This document shows, piece after piece, positions 1 through 10,260 of a DNA stretch of 64,000 nucleotides; the first letter of the stretch is position 1; each line of letters begins with the position of its first letter. The notes beneath the pieces were generated by a model that ran no database searches, had not been told where the DNA came from, and worked only from the letters and a program-made list of their open reading frames with translations. The stretch comes from Gemmataceae bacterium (GTDB taxonomy: Bacteria > Planctomycetota > Planctomycetia > Gemmatales > Gemmataceae): contig JAHBXO010000011.1 in assembly GCA_019636445.1 (NCBI GenBank), positions 39,997-103,996 of the forward strand, read 5' to 3'. A program made the position numbers and the translations under genes.

Positions 1-91
1 CGACGCGTTCGACGGCGCCGGCGAAGACCCACGGATGCCGGCCATAGAAGGGTTGGGCGCGTTTCGTCTTCAAGATCACGGATGCGAGCAT
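1..91 (-). CDS. Class I SAM-dependent rRNA methyltransferase, RlmI-like (5' fragment, truncated by window edge)
   Basis: Minus strand from ATG at 91 reads MLASVILKTKRAQPFYGRHPWVFAGAVERV; the RHPWVF PUA-domain start is typical of the RlmI family. Not in the ORF track (too short). Confidence 0.7.
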   Translation of the reverse strand, partial: MLASVILKTKRAQPFYGRHPWVFAGAVERV

Positions 92-114
92 TTGAACCAA
101 TGCGGAGGAGGAAA

Positions 115-543
115 TTAAACGCCCTGTTGGACGCCGCGGAGGTAGGCGAGGCCGCGTTCGATCGGCGAAGCGGCGGAGCGGGCGGCCACGATGGCCCGGA
201 TGCGGTGCAGCAGTTCCGCCTTGTTGATCGGCTTCGTCAGGAAATCGTCGGTCCCCACTTCAACGGCTCGCTCAACGTCGGTCGCGCGATCGAGCGCCGT
301 CACCATCAGCACCCCGATATCCTTGGTGGCCCCGTCGGCGCGCAGGCGTTTGCAGACCTCGAATCCGCTGAGCTTGGGCATCATGATGTCCAGCAACACG
401 ACGTCGGCGGGCCAATCCTTCGCCAGTTGCAGCGTCTGCTCGCCGTTCATGGCGATGCGCGTTTCGAGGCCGCTGCCATCGAGGTGCGCCTCCAGCAACT
501 CCGCGTTCGCCTGATTGTCGTCCGCGATCAAGATCCGCGTCAT
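115..543 (-). CDS. Single-domain response regulator (receiver)
   Basis: MTRILIADDN, VLLDIMMP (phospho-Asp), VLMVTA, FLTKP are canonical REC motifs; no output domain. Confidence 0.9.
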   Translation of the reverse strand: MTRILIADDNQANAELLEAHLDGSGLETRIAMNGEQTLQLAKDWPADVVLLDIMMPKLSGFEVCKRLRADGATKDIGVLMVTALDRATDVERAVEVGTDDFLTKPINKAELLHRIRAIVAARSAASPIERGLAYLRGVQQGV

Positions 544-686
544 GGCGGCCCCCCGCGCCGGTTCGGCACGAGCATTGTATAGAAGCCGTGAATCGGCCGA
601 CGGGGCCGAACCCAAACGCCCAAAACGATTGGAGAAACCGGAGAAAGTGGGTCGATGAGAAGAGGAGGTCCCGCGCGGAGTGCCGG

Positions 687-1490
687 ATGTTCGTCGATCG
701 CCCCTCGCTGGCTCGGATTGTCCGGCACATCGTCGCAATCGTCGAGCAGACCCCGGTGAAATCCGATCCGTTCCCGCACGCCTTTTTCGAGGGGATTTTC
801 CCCCAGGATCTTTACCACTCCGCGCTGACCGCGTGGCCGGCGGAAGAGGCCTTCGCCGCCGCCAGTCGCCGTCACCACGTCAACGAGTACGGCGACAGCA
901 CCCGTCGCCGCTTGAATCTCGTCGAGAAATCGCTCGCCGACCTGCCACACGGCCCGCGCCGCATCTGGACGACACTCCGCGCCGCCGTCGGATCGCCAGA
1001 GGTGAAACGCGCGGTGTTCGAGAAACTCGGCAGCGGTCTCGCCCGCCGGTTCGGCACGTCACCCGCCGACGCGGCCGCGGTCCCCGCCTTCCCGCGCGGC
1101 ACGCTCTACTGCGAAAAACAAGGCTATCGCATTGCCCCGCATCCCGATACGCGCGAAAAGATCGTCACGATGCAGTTCGCGTTCCCATCCGACGACCGCA
1201 TGAAGCACGTCGGCACGGAGTTCTACTCCCGCAGCGTCAATCCGCTTCACTGGCTGCGCGAGCCGCGCGGGTTCCTCATCCGCGAAGCCATGCCGTTCCT
1301 GCCCAATTGCGCCTACGCGTTCTCCGTTCTCAACACCATCGGCCTCAAAAGCTGGCATGGCCGATGTAAGATCGATGCGATCGACGGCGACCGCAATTCC
1401 CTTCTACACATCTGGTACGCCACGCCGGACGACTCGCACTCGGAACTGGAGGGCTACCTCGCTCCGGCACCCCTCTGCCGCGCGGCCTGA
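687..1490 (+). CDS. 2OG-Fe(II) oxygenase superfamily protein
   Basis: HxD (IAPHPD) plus distal His (SWHG); start uncertain (588 or 687). Confidence 0.7.
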   Translation: MFVDRPSLARIVRHIVAIVEQTPVKSDPFPHAFFEGIFPQDLYHSALTAWPAEEAFAAASRRHHVNEYGDSTRRRLNLVEKSLADLPHGPRRIWTTLRAAVGSPEVKRAVFEKLGSGLARRFGTSPADAAAVPAFPRGTLYCEKQGYRIAPHPDTREKIVTMQFAFPSDDRMKHVGTEFYSRSVNPLHWLREPRGFLIREAMPFLPNCAYAFSVLNTIGLKSWHGRCKIDAIDGDRNSLLHIWYATPDDSHSELEGYLAPAPLCRAA

Positions 1491-1726
1491 CAAGCCAATC
1501 GCGATCTCGAAAGCCAGGAAATTCAAACGGTCGAAATGAATTCGTTTCTTTCGCGTTCGTAGTCGCGGGCTTTCGTGATGGCGTCTCGCGTTGGGGAATT
1601 CGTGCCGGTTTTTTCGATTTTTCGGGTGGCGACAATCGTAGCAGTTATGGAAGATATGCGGATTGAAACGCCGCAAGGAGGAGGCTCGGCTCCGCGGTGC
1701 CATTGACACGAGCCAGGAGCCGCACC

Positions 1727-4462
1727 GTGACGAATCCCGAACGGAATGCCCGGAACCGTTTCCGCCCTCGCGTCACTCCACTGGAAGACCGCACGACGCC
1801 GGCCGCGGCGATCGCGCTCTCGAATAACACCTTGTTTGCCTTCGATACCGGCACGCCGGGCAATATTCCGGCAGGGATCGGTGTCACGGGGCTGGGCACG
1901 GGCGAGAATCTCGTCGGGATCGACTTCCGGCCCCAGAACGGTCAGCTGTACGGACTCACTTCCAACGGCGCCGGCGGCGTACGGCTCTACGCCATCAGCC
2001 CCGACACCGGAATCGCCGTGCCCCTCACACCCGCACCCGTCCAGTTCGACGACGGCGGCGGAAGCCCGGTCCCGATCGCCGGCACGAATTTCGGTTTCGA
2101 CTTCAATCCCCTCGCCGACCGCGTCCGCGTGGTCACCGATGCCGGCATCAATTTCCGCATCAACCCGAACACCGGGTTCATCATTGACGGCTCCACAAAC
2201 GACCCCGGCGTCAACGCCGACGGTGCGGTCAACGGCGGCACCACGACGCTCGACGGCACGGCCTACACCAATAACGCACCGAACGCCACCGCAACCACGC
2301 AATACACGCTCGACTCGTCCACCAACAAGCTCTTCACCCAGAATCCGCCGAACGACGGCACCCAGAAGAACGCCGTCGCCGTCACCCTTGGCGCCAGCGT
2401 CCTCGACTTCACCGCCGTCAACGGCTTCGACATCCCGTCGGGCGTGAACGTGGCCACCTCCGGAGACCTGGCGACCGGCAACGGCTTCGCCGTCCTCACC
2501 ACCACCGGCGGCCCGTCGCTCTACACGATCAACTTGAATACCGGACAGGCGAATCTGGTCGGTGCGCTCGGCATCGCCGGCGGGCCGCCAATCCAGGGCT
2601 TCACCGTCCAGCCGAACGACGGCGCGGCGGGCATTCCGTTCGTCGGCGTTGCCGGGAACAGCGTCGTCCGGTTCAGCTCCAAATCCGCCACGACCGTCGT
2701 CGCCGTGCCGATCCCTTCGGGCTTGAGCCTCGGGGAAGCGGTCGTCGGGCTGGATCGCCGGCCGGCGACCGGACAGTATTTCGCACTTGTCCACAACAGC
2801 GCGGCCGGCACGGTGCGCATCGCGCTCGTCGACCCGCAGACCGCAGCCCTCACGAATGTCGGCGGCGGAGTGCCCGTCGCCCTCGTGAACGCCGCCGGTT
2901 CCCCGATCACTTTCCCGGCCGGTACATCCTTCGGCATCGACTTCAACCCGACCGTCGACAAACTCCGCGTCGTCGCCAGCACCGGCATCAACTTCCGCAT
3001 CGATCCGACGACCGGCGCCGCGCTCGACGGCAACGCCACCTTCGCCGGCACCCAACCTGACGCCGCACTCAACAGCGGCGCGACCGCCGGCACCGGAACT
3101 GCCTACACGAACTCTTTCCACAAGGCGACCGTCACCACCCAGTACACGCTCGACGCGGTGACGAACAGCCTCTTTGTGCAGAACCCGCCGAACGACGGCG
3201 TCCTGGTCGGCGGGCTGCCGATCACCGTCGCCGGCACCGCCATCGACTTCACCGACGCGAACGCCTTCGACATCCCCTCGAACGTCCGCGTGACGGCGTC
3301 CGGCAGCACGGCCACCGGTCTCGCCTATGCCGCCCTCACCGTCGCCGGCGACACTTCCCTCTACAGCATCAACCTCGCCACCGGCGCTGCCACCAAACTC
3401 GGCCCCATCGGCATCGGTACCACGCCGCTCGTCGGCCTCGTCGCCTCCGAAACCGCCACCTCCAACGCCGGGCTGACCGGTACCTCCGACTACGGCCTCG
3501 GCTCCGATGTCGGCGTCGCCAGCATGACCAAGCTCCTCGCCGCCGACGGAACCCTCAACCAGACCGCCCAGCCCTACGGCACCTTCACCGGCGGCGTCCG
3601 CGTCGCCACGGGCGACTTCAACGGCGACGGCATTATCGATCTCGTCGTCGGCTCCGGACCTGGAATGGTCACCAACGTCACCATCCTCGACGGCAAGACC
3701 GACGGCATCATTGTCAGCTTCTCGCCCTTCGAAGCTTCCTTCACCGGCGGCGTCTTCGTTGCCGCCGGCGATCTCACCGGCGACGGCGCCCCGGAACTCG
3801 TCGTTACCCCGGACCAGGGTGGCGGACCTCGCGTCCGCGTCTTCCGGTCCGGGAACATCGGCGACGTCCTCGCCGACTTCCTCGGCATCGCCGACCTCCG
3901 CTTCCGCGGCGGCGCCCGGCCCGCGATCGGCGACGTGAACGGCGACGGCATCGGCGACCTCGGCGTCGCCGCCGGATTTGGTGGCGGGCCTCGCGTCGCG
4001 GTCTTCGACGGCACCACCCTTCCCGGCAACGAACCCGTCCGACTCTTCAACGATTTCTTCGCCTTCGAGAATACGCTGCGCAATGGCGTCTTCCTCGCCC
4101 TCGGCGACATCGACGGCGACGGCAAGGCCGACGTCATCGCCGGCGGCGGCCCCGGCGGCGGGCCGCGCGTCACCGTGTTCAACGGGAACCTGCTCGTTAC
4201 CTCCGGCGGCGCGACCGTCACCCCGCTCGCCAACTTCTTCGCCTACGACGATACGAACCGCAGCGGCGTCCGCCTCGCCGTCAAGGACCTCGATGGCGAT
4301 ACGCTCGCCGATCTCGTCACCGGCAACGGCCCCGGCGTGACGAACCGCGTGAAGTTCTTCGCCGGCAGCGCCATCAAGGCCGCCGCCGTCGGGGCCACCC
4401 CGCCGTCCTTCAACGAATTCGATCCGCTCTTCGGCAGCACCAACGGCGTCTTCGTGGGGTGA
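1727..4462 (+). CDS. Extracellular protein: two DUF4394-like domains plus C-terminal FG-GAP repeats, planctomycete export motif
   Basis: GTG start after GGAG; N-terminal PLEDRTTPA; two copies of the GIDFRP/GLDRRP...FDFNP...AYTN...QNPPNDG unit; repeats such as GDFNGDG, GDLTGDG, GDVNGDG, GDIDGDG. Confidence 0.8.
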   Translation: MTNPERNARNRFRPRVTPLEDRTTPAAAIALSNNTLFAFDTGTPGNIPAGIGVTGLGTGENLVGIDFRPQNGQLYGLTSNGAGGVRLYAISPDTGIAVPLTPAPVQFDDGGGSPVPIAGTNFGFDFNPLADRVRVVTDAGINFRINPNTGFIIDGSTNDPGVNADGAVNGGTTTLDGTAYTNNAPNATATTQYTLDSSTNKLFTQNPPNDGTQKNAVAVTLGASVLDFTAVNGFDIPSGVNVATSGDLATGNGFAVLTTTGGPSLYTINLNTGQANLVGALGIAGGPPIQGFTVQPNDGAAGIPFVGVAGNSVVRFSSKSATTVVAVPIPSGLSLGEAVVGLDRRPATGQYFALVHNSAAGTVRIALVDPQTAALTNVGGGVPVALVNAAGSPITFPAGTSFGIDFNPTVDKLRVVASTGINFRIDPTTGAALDGNATFAGTQPDAALNSGATAGTGTAYTNSFHKATVTTQYTLDAVTNSLFVQNPPNDGVLVGGLPITVAGTAIDFTDANAFDIPSNVRVTASGSTATGLAYAALTVAGDTSLYSINLATGAATKLGPIGIGTTPLVGLVASETATSNAGLTGTSDYGLGSDVGVASMTKLLAADGTLNQTAQPYGTFTGGVRVATGDFNGDGIIDLVVGSGPGMVTNVTILDGKTDGIIVSFSPFEASFTGGVFVAAGDLTGDGAPELVVTPDQGGGPRVRVFRSGNIGDVLADFLGIADLRFRGGARPAIGDVNGDGIGDLGVAAGFGGGPRVAVFDGTTLPGNEPVRLFNDFFAFENTLRNGVFLALGDIDGDGKADVIAGGGPGGGPRVTVFNGNLLVTSGGATVTPLANFFAYDDTNRSGVRLAVKDLDGDTLADLVTGNGPGVTNRVKFFAGSAIKAAAVGATPPSFNEFDPLFGSTNGVFVG

Positions 4463-4559
4463 CGATTTCCGAAAGTATCTCGCCTTGGCATCGAATTTGA
4501 TGGGGTTTCCAAACGCCTCCGGACGCGAATACACTGGCTTCGCTCCCGGAGGTTGCAGC

Positions 4560-5960
4560 GTGTCCGAATCGTACGATCTCGTGGTCATTGGCGCCGGTCC
4601 AGCGGGCGAGTCGGCCGCGGTCACCGCGGCGCTGCTCGGGAAGCGCGTCGCGGTGGTTGAGAAGGCGGCGCAGCCCGGCGGTGCCGCCGTCAACACCGGC
4701 ACCGTTCCCAGCAAGACGCTGCGCGAAACCGCCCTCGCACTCTCCGGCCTCCGATCCCGCAACCTCCATGGCGTCGACCTTTCCCTCCGACGCGGCACCA
4801 CCGTCGATGATCTCGTCCGCCACGAACGCACCGTGCGCACCGGCGAACAAACCCGGATTCGCGAGTCCTTCGCCCATCATGGCATCACTCTGATTCCTGG
4901 ACGCGGCGAATTCGACGACCCAAACACCGTGCGCGTCCATACCGCCGACGGGTCGTCGCGCCCGATCCGCGGCGAGTCAATCGTGATCGCCATCGGCAGC
5001 GTCCCCGTGCGGCCGCCCGGCATCCCCTTCGATCACGCGCGCATCCACGATTCGGACGAACTGCTGGACATCCACGAGATGCCCGAGTCGATCGCCGTCG
5101 TCGGTGCCGGCGTGATCGGCAGTGAATACGCGTGCATGTTCGCGTCGCTCGGCGTGCCGACGTACCTCGTCGACGGCCGCGACCGCTTGCTGCCGTTCCT
5201 GGACGCGGAACTCTCGGCCGCGCTGCTCGTGGAAATGGAACGGCTCGGCGTACGTTTCGTCTGGAAAGAGAACGTCGTCTCCTGCCCCGATCCCGGCGAG
5301 GGCAAAGTGCGGCTGACGCTCTCCAGCGGGACGCGGCTGGAAGTCGACCACGCGCTGATCTGCGCGGGCCGGATGTGCCGCACGCCGGAGTTGAAGCTCG
5401 ATCGCGCCGGCATCACGACCTGCGAAAAGGGGCGGATCCCGGTGAACGCCCAGTTCCAAACCGTGGTGCCGCACATCTACGCGGTCGGGGATGTGATCGG
5501 ATTCCCCGCGCTGGCGTCCACGAGTGCCGAGCAGGGTCGTGCGGCCGTCTCGCACCGGTACGACTGCGAATTCGGCAACTGCCCCGTGGCGACCGTGCTG
5601 CCAAGCGGCATCTATACCATTCCCGAACTCAGTTCCGCCGGCGCGACCGAGGAGGAATTGAAGAAACAGAACGTCGACTACGTCGTCGGCCGTGCCCGCT
5701 ACGAGGACGTACCCCGCGGCAAGATCATCGGCGACAAGACGGGATTCCTCAAACTCCTGTTCGACCGCGCCAGTCGCAAGCTGTTGGGCGTCCACGTTAT
5801 CGGCGAACTCGCGACGGAAGTGGTCCACATTGGCGTCGTGACCCTGATGGCCGAGGGCCGCGCAGAACTACTGCTCCGGACCTGCTTCAACTATCCGACG
5901 CTGGGAGAACTCTACAAGCACGCCACGCTCGACGCCGTGAACACCGCGTGGCGAACCTGA
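4560..5960 (+). CDS. sthA: Soluble pyridine nucleotide transhydrogenase
   Basis: GAGPAG FAD site; GTVPSKTLRE without the redox CxxxxC of dihydrolipoamide dehydrogenase; GAGVIG; C-terminal FNYPTLGELYK; GGAGG upstream of GTG 4560. Confidence 0.8.
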   Translation: MSESYDLVVIGAGPAGESAAVTAALLGKRVAVVEKAAQPGGAAVNTGTVPSKTLRETALALSGLRSRNLHGVDLSLRRGTTVDDLVRHERTVRTGEQTRIRESFAHHGITLIPGRGEFDDPNTVRVHTADGSSRPIRGESIVIAIGSVPVRPPGIPFDHARIHDSDELLDIHEMPESIAVVGAGVIGSEYACMFASLGVPTYLVDGRDRLLPFLDAELSAALLVEMERLGVRFVWKENVVSCPDPGEGKVRLTLSSGTRLEVDHALICAGRMCRTPELKLDRAGITTCEKGRIPVNAQFQTVVPHIYAVGDVIGFPALASTSAEQGRAAVSHRYDCEFGNCPVATVLPSGIYTIPELSSAGATEEELKKQNVDYVVGRARYEDVPRGKIIGDKTGFLKLLFDRASRKLLGVHVIGELATEVVHIGVVTLMAEGRAELLLRTCFNYPTLGELYKHATLDAVNTAWRT

Positions 5961-6038
5961 CGGCGCTTCTCATTTTTCCTTCCATTTGACGGCTACAATA
6001 ATTTCCTCTCACTCCCACACCTGCTGGAACCCTTCGAC

Positions 6039-7895
6039 ATGAAACGATTGCTGGCCGCGTTCGCGGTCGTCGCGTTCGGCTCGGCGAGCCACGCCGCTTC
6101 GCCGGAAGCCGTTCTCGAACGGATGAAAAAAGACATCTTCTACCTCGCTGGCGAGGAATGCGCCGGGCGCGGCGTCGGCACCCCCGGCATCGACAAGGCC
6201 GCCGATCACATCGCCGCCTCGTTCAAGGCCTCCGGCCTCGAACCCGGATTCAAGGACGGCTACTTCCAGCCCTTCAGCTTCCCCGGCCGCAGCCGCCTTG
6301 GCTCCCCCAACAAGGTCATCCTCGCCCTCAAGGACAAGGACGCCGCCGAACTCAAAGTCTCCGAGGAATTCTCCGTTCTCGGCACCTCCGCCAACGGCAC
6401 ATTCAAGGCCGAACTCGTCTTCGCCGGCTACGGGTTGTCCATTGCCGCCGACAAGGTCAAGTACGACGACTACGCCGGCCTCGACGTGAAGGGCAAGATC
6501 GTCGTCGTGCTTCGCAAGACCCCCAAGGCCGAGCAGAAGGACAACCCCTTCGTCGGCCCGCTCGAAGATGCGGCCGCGCTCGTCGCCAAGATCGAACTGG
6601 CCGCGAAGAAGGAAGCCGCCGGCATCGTGTTCGTCAACGACCAGACCTACGGCAAGCAGGGCGACGCCCTCATGGATCTGCGCCGCTCCGGCGGCGCGAC
6701 CGCAAAGTTCCCGGTCTTGCAGATCAAGCGCGCCGTGTTGGAGAAGATGATCGCCAGCCAGGGGAAAAAACTGGACGAGATCGAGAAGGCGATCGACAAG
6801 GACATCAAGCCGATGTCGATGATCCTTGCGGGTTGTTCGCTCGACGGCACGGTGACGATCAATCGCGAACCGATCCACGCGAAGAACGTCGTGGGCGTGC
6901 TGCCCGGCTCCGGTCCGCTCGCGGACGAGACGATCGTGATCGGCGCGCACTACGACCACCTCGGCACAAGCAGTCAGGGCAGCCTCGGCGGCGCGGCCGC
7001 GGCCGGAAAGGTCCACTACGGCGCCGACGACAACGCCTCCGGCACCACCGGCCTGCTCGAACTCGCGCGCCGATTCGGCGACATGAAGAACCGCTACGGC
7101 CGCCGGATCGTCTTTGTCGCCTTCTCCGGCGAGGAGATGGGCCTCCACGGCTCGAAATACTACGCCGACCACCCGGTCACGCCGGTCGAGAAGACCGTCT
7201 TCATGCTGAACATGGACATGATCGGCCGCGCCGCCACGGTCGAGGAGATGGGTAAGAAGAAGTTGCGCGTCATCGCCAGCGGTGTCGGATCGAGCGACTC
7301 GTTTTCCAAACTCGTCGACGCGGTGAACGCCAAGGTCGACTTCAAGCTGATGAAGACCGAACCCGGCACCGGGCCGAGCGACCACCAGTCGTTCTACTTG
7401 AAGAAGATCCCGGTCCTGTTCATCCACACCGGCACGCACAAGGACTATCACCGCCCGACCGACACGCCGGATAAGGCCGAGATCGTGGGGATGACGAAGA
7501 TTGCGGATTTCTGCGAGGCGATCGCGGCGCACATCGCGGTGCTGCCGGAGCGGCCGAACTACCTCGTAACGAAGGGCCGCTGGTCCGACCCGACCGACAC
7601 CAGTCCGCGGCAGATGATGAACATGCCAAGACTGGGGCTGATGCCGGGCAACTACGAAGATGAAGCCGACAAGGGCGTGCTGGTGGAAGATGTCATCCCC
7701 GGCGGCGCGGCCGAGGCGGGCGGCGTGAAGGCCGGCGACTTCGTCATCAACATCGCTGGTACGCCGGTGAAGAATATCGACGATTACATGAAGGCGCTCG
7801 CCGCCCAGAAGCCGAACGTCGAGATCGAGATCACCGTCATGCGGAAGGCAGAGAAAAAGCAGCTGAAGGTCACGCCGAAGGGCGCCGGCCGATAG
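6039..7895 (+). CDS. Secreted M28 family metallopeptidase with PA and PDZ domains
   Basis: Signal peptide; GAHYDH, GADDNASG, SGEEMG, NMDMIG, SDH, YHRPTD; C-terminal PDZ (RLGLMPG...VIPGGAAEAGGVKAGD). Confidence 0.9.
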   Translation: MKRLLAAFAVVAFGSASHAASPEAVLERMKKDIFYLAGEECAGRGVGTPGIDKAADHIAASFKASGLEPGFKDGYFQPFSFPGRSRLGSPNKVILALKDKDAAELKVSEEFSVLGTSANGTFKAELVFAGYGLSIAADKVKYDDYAGLDVKGKIVVVLRKTPKAEQKDNPFVGPLEDAAALVAKIELAAKKEAAGIVFVNDQTYGKQGDALMDLRRSGGATAKFPVLQIKRAVLEKMIASQGKKLDEIEKAIDKDIKPMSMILAGCSLDGTVTINREPIHAKNVVGVLPGSGPLADETIVIGAHYDHLGTSSQGSLGGAAAAGKVHYGADDNASGTTGLLELARRFGDMKNRYGRRIVFVAFSGEEMGLHGSKYYADHPVTPVEKTVFMLNMDMIGRAATVEEMGKKKLRVIASGVGSSDSFSKLVDAVNAKVDFKLMKTEPGTGPSDHQSFYLKKIPVLFIHTGTHKDYHRPTDTPDKAEIVGMTKIADFCEAIAAHIAVLPERPNYLVTKGRWSDPTDTSPRQMMNMPRLGLMPGNYEDEADKGVLVEDVIPGGAAEAGGVKAGDFVINIAGTPVKNIDDYMKALAAQKPNVEIEITVMRKAEKKQLKVTPKGAGR

Positions 7896-7903
7896 GAGTC
7901 CCT

Positions 7904-7931
7904 GTCGGGCCTCGAAGACTGCCCGACCTAC
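7904..7931 (-). repeat. GTAG-type REP-like hairpin between convergent genes
   Basis: Minus strand reads GTAG-GTCGGGC-N10-GCCCGAC; may also act as a terminator. Confidence 0.5.
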
Positions 7932-7977
7932 GGTTTTGGCCGAACTCCGAACGGCGAGGCGAAAGCCTCGCCGTTCG

Positions 7978-8967
7978 TCATTTCCGCCCCATCCGGTTCC
8001 AAACGTAGAGTTCGGATGTCATCTTCATGACGTAAAGTGCGTCGGACTTCGGCTCGTAGTCGAGCCAAGTCAACGGCGAGACACCTTTCAACTCTTTCGG
8101 GATCGAATGTGGGGCCGACCAGGTCGCGCCGCCGTCAGCGCTCTCGACGATCCCTTTCCCGGTCAGCACGAACAAATGCTTTTCATTCTTGCCGGAGACC
8201 GGCCCGAGCCGGCCGTCCTTCAACTCGCAGACTTTCGTCCAGGTCGCGCCCATGTCGGTCGTCTTGACGAGTTGGCCATCCGTGAGCCAATAAAGCGCTC
8301 CAGCGTGCCAGCGCGGCGGCCATTGCATCGTGAAATCGGCGACGGGCTGGAAGCTCTTGCCGCCGTCCGTCGTACGAACGATGCCGCCCTTCGGCCGGTC
8401 CCTGGTCTTCGCGAGTGCGACGACGGCCGTGTTCGCGTCGAACACCCAAGCCGGACCGTGGTCCTTGCCGAGTTCATCGAAGCTCAGCCCGCCGTCGCGC
8501 GAGCGGAGGAGTTGCCCGCCCGATTCGTGCTTGAACGCGAGGAGGAACTTCATCTCCGGGTCGGTCCAGTCGGCCGCGCACCAGTCGACGTGGACGCTCG
8601 CCTTGTCGAAGATCCGCCACTCGCCCGCGTCGGTCGTCGTCACAGCGATCGGTCCGCCGTAGACAGTGGCCATGAGGAGACGCCTGGTATTGCCGGTCGG
8701 ATCGAACATCAGGCAGCCGGGCGTTTCGGTGCGGCCTTTGAGCGCGGTGCCAAACCGTTCCCAGGTCGCGCCGCCGTCGGACGATCGGAACACGCCGCGA
8801 TCGCTGACGTTCACGTAGACCTGTCCGGTCGCGCGGTCGACGGCGACGCCACACAAGCCGCCGTAACCGGGCTTTTCCCGCTTTAGCAGTTCCTCGGTCA
8901 GCGGCTTCCAGTCCTGTGCGCCGGCAGTGACGGGCAGCAACGCAAGGGCGAGAATCGCGAATCGCAT
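7978..8967 (-). CDS. Secreted BNR/Asp-box repeat beta-propeller protein
   Basis: Signal peptide MRFAILALALLPVTAGA; repeated Asp boxes (RSSDGGATW, RSRDGGLSF, RTTDGGKSF, KTTDMGATW, SADGGATW). Confidence 0.75.
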   Translation of the reverse strand: MRFAILALALLPVTAGAQDWKPLTEELLKREKPGYGGLCGVAVDRATGQVYVNVSDRGVFRSSDGGATWERFGTALKGRTETPGCLMFDPTGNTRRLLMATVYGGPIAVTTTDAGEWRIFDKASVHVDWCAADWTDPEMKFLLAFKHESGGQLLRSRDGGLSFDELGKDHGPAWVFDANTAVVALAKTRDRPKGGIVRTTDGGKSFQPVADFTMQWPPRWHAGALYWLTDGQLVKTTDMGATWTKVCELKDGRLGPVSGKNEKHLFVLTGKGIVESADGGATWSAPHSIPKELKGVSPLTWLDYEPKSDALYVMKMTSELYVWNRMGRK

Positions 8968-8980
8968 GGAGAGGCTCCGT

Positions 8981-10228
8981 TTATTTGTCGGTTCCAACGC
9001 AGAAGAGCCACTTGCGGCCCTTGAGAATCAGCTTGCCATCGGCGATGGCGGGGGACGCGGGTCCGCCGTCGCCGAGGTCGTTCGTCGAGAGGATTTCCAA
9101 TTTCTCCCCGGCCTTCACGACGTAGCTCTTTCCGGCGCTTGCAAAGTAGACGCGCCCGTTCGGCGTGGCGACCGGACTGGCGGACGCGCTCACGCCGGGC
9201 AGACGCTCGGTGTAAACGACCTCGCCCGTCGATACTCGAATGCACGCGAGCACGTCCGGGTTACTCAGCCGGTAGAGGAAGTCTCCGGAAGCGACGGGCG
9301 AACCGTAACCCTCCTTCACGGTTTTGATCGTCCATTTGCGGTGGGTCTTCGCCACATCGCCCATTCCCGTGGGATCGACGGCGAGCCCCGGCCCGCCGCG
9401 ACCGCTGTCGCAGTAGACGAGGCCGCCCGCGAACACCGGCGATACCGTGTCGCCCTTTGCATCGCACGTCCAGAGGATCTCGCCCGTGCGCGGGTCCAGC
9501 CCCTGCAAGGCGTTCGATGCCGACACGAGCAGTTGGGGCTTCCCGCCGATGGTTGCGAGTGTCGGCGTGCTGTGCGCGAAGCCGACCTTCGGACGCTTTT
9601 GCTCCCACTTCGGTTCGCCCGTCGCCCGGTCAAACGCGAGGATGCGCGACTCGCGGTCCAACTGGTCGCATTGCAGAATGACGGTCTTCTCGAAGAGCAC
9701 GGGACTGGCGGCGAAGGCGACGTCGAACTTGTGCGGCACGATCTCCTTGCGCCAGCGGATCGCGCCGGTATGATCGAGAGCCGCGAGCACCGACGACCCG
9801 AACGCGACATACACGCGCTCGGCGTCGACCGCCGGCGTCGGGGCCGTGTACCCGCCGCGCAGGTCGCCAAACTGCCACGGCCCAGCCGGTACCGGCACGT
9901 TCCAGAGTTCCTTCCCGTCCGAGAGCCGGTAGCAGGCGACGCGATGTTCCGGCTTCTTCGTGTTGTCCGGCTTGCCGGACCAGTGGCTCGCCGTCACGTA
10001 GACGCGATCGCGAAAGACCACCGGGCTGGACTGGTTCTGGTCCTGCCCCGCGCCCGCCTCGACACCGGGTAGCGGCACCTTCCAGAGGACGTTCGTGTTC
10101 TCCTTCCCGCCCCACACGATCGGCAGTTTGGCATCCTCCGTCTGCCCTTGTCCCGTCGGACCGCGCCACCCCGGCCAGTCCGCCGCCAGGGAGCCGATGA
10201 CGAGCAGAAGTAAATAGCAGCGGTTCAT
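8981..10228 (-). CDS. PQQ-binding-like beta-propeller repeat protein
   Basis: ADWPGWRG start, SSPVV, SPV...W repeats typical of the planctomycete family. Confidence 0.85.
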   Translation of the reverse strand: MNRCYLLLLVIGSLAADWPGWRGPTGQGQTEDAKLPIVWGGKENTNVLWKVPLPGVEAGAGQDQNQSSPVVFRDRVYVTASHWSGKPDNTKKPEHRVACYRLSDGKELWNVPVPAGPWQFGDLRGGYTAPTPAVDAERVYVAFGSSVLAALDHTGAIRWRKEIVPHKFDVAFAASPVLFEKTVILQCDQLDRESRILAFDRATGEPKWEQKRPKVGFAHSTPTLATIGGKPQLLVSASNALQGLDPRTGEILWTCDAKGDTVSPVFAGGLVYCDSGRGGPGLAVDPTGMGDVAKTHRKWTIKTVKEGYGSPVASGDFLYRLSNPDVLACIRVSTGEVVYTERLPGVSASASPVATPNGRVYFASAGKSYVVKAGEKLEILSTNDLGDGGPASPAIADGKLILKGRKWLFCVGTDK

Positions 10229-10260
10229 GCGGTGCCTTCGGAAAGAGCGAATCGGCGGCG

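Noticed and set aside
1683-1727. Alternative short stems around the RBS of the DUF4394 gene (possible riboswitch)
   Set aside because: Only 6-7-bp GC-rich stems, expected by chance; no match to a riboswitch consensus I know.
1523-4840. 1105-aa minus-strand ORF, and similar long shadows such as 6009-7532, 34516-37101, 46063-47940 and 48138-51476
   Set aside because: Antisense shadows of real high-GC genes; they lack motifs, and the opposite strand carries clear family signatures.
4560-5960. Possible lpdA (E3) for the PDH complex
   Set aside because: It lacks the redox-active CxxxxC, and its C-terminus matches SthA.
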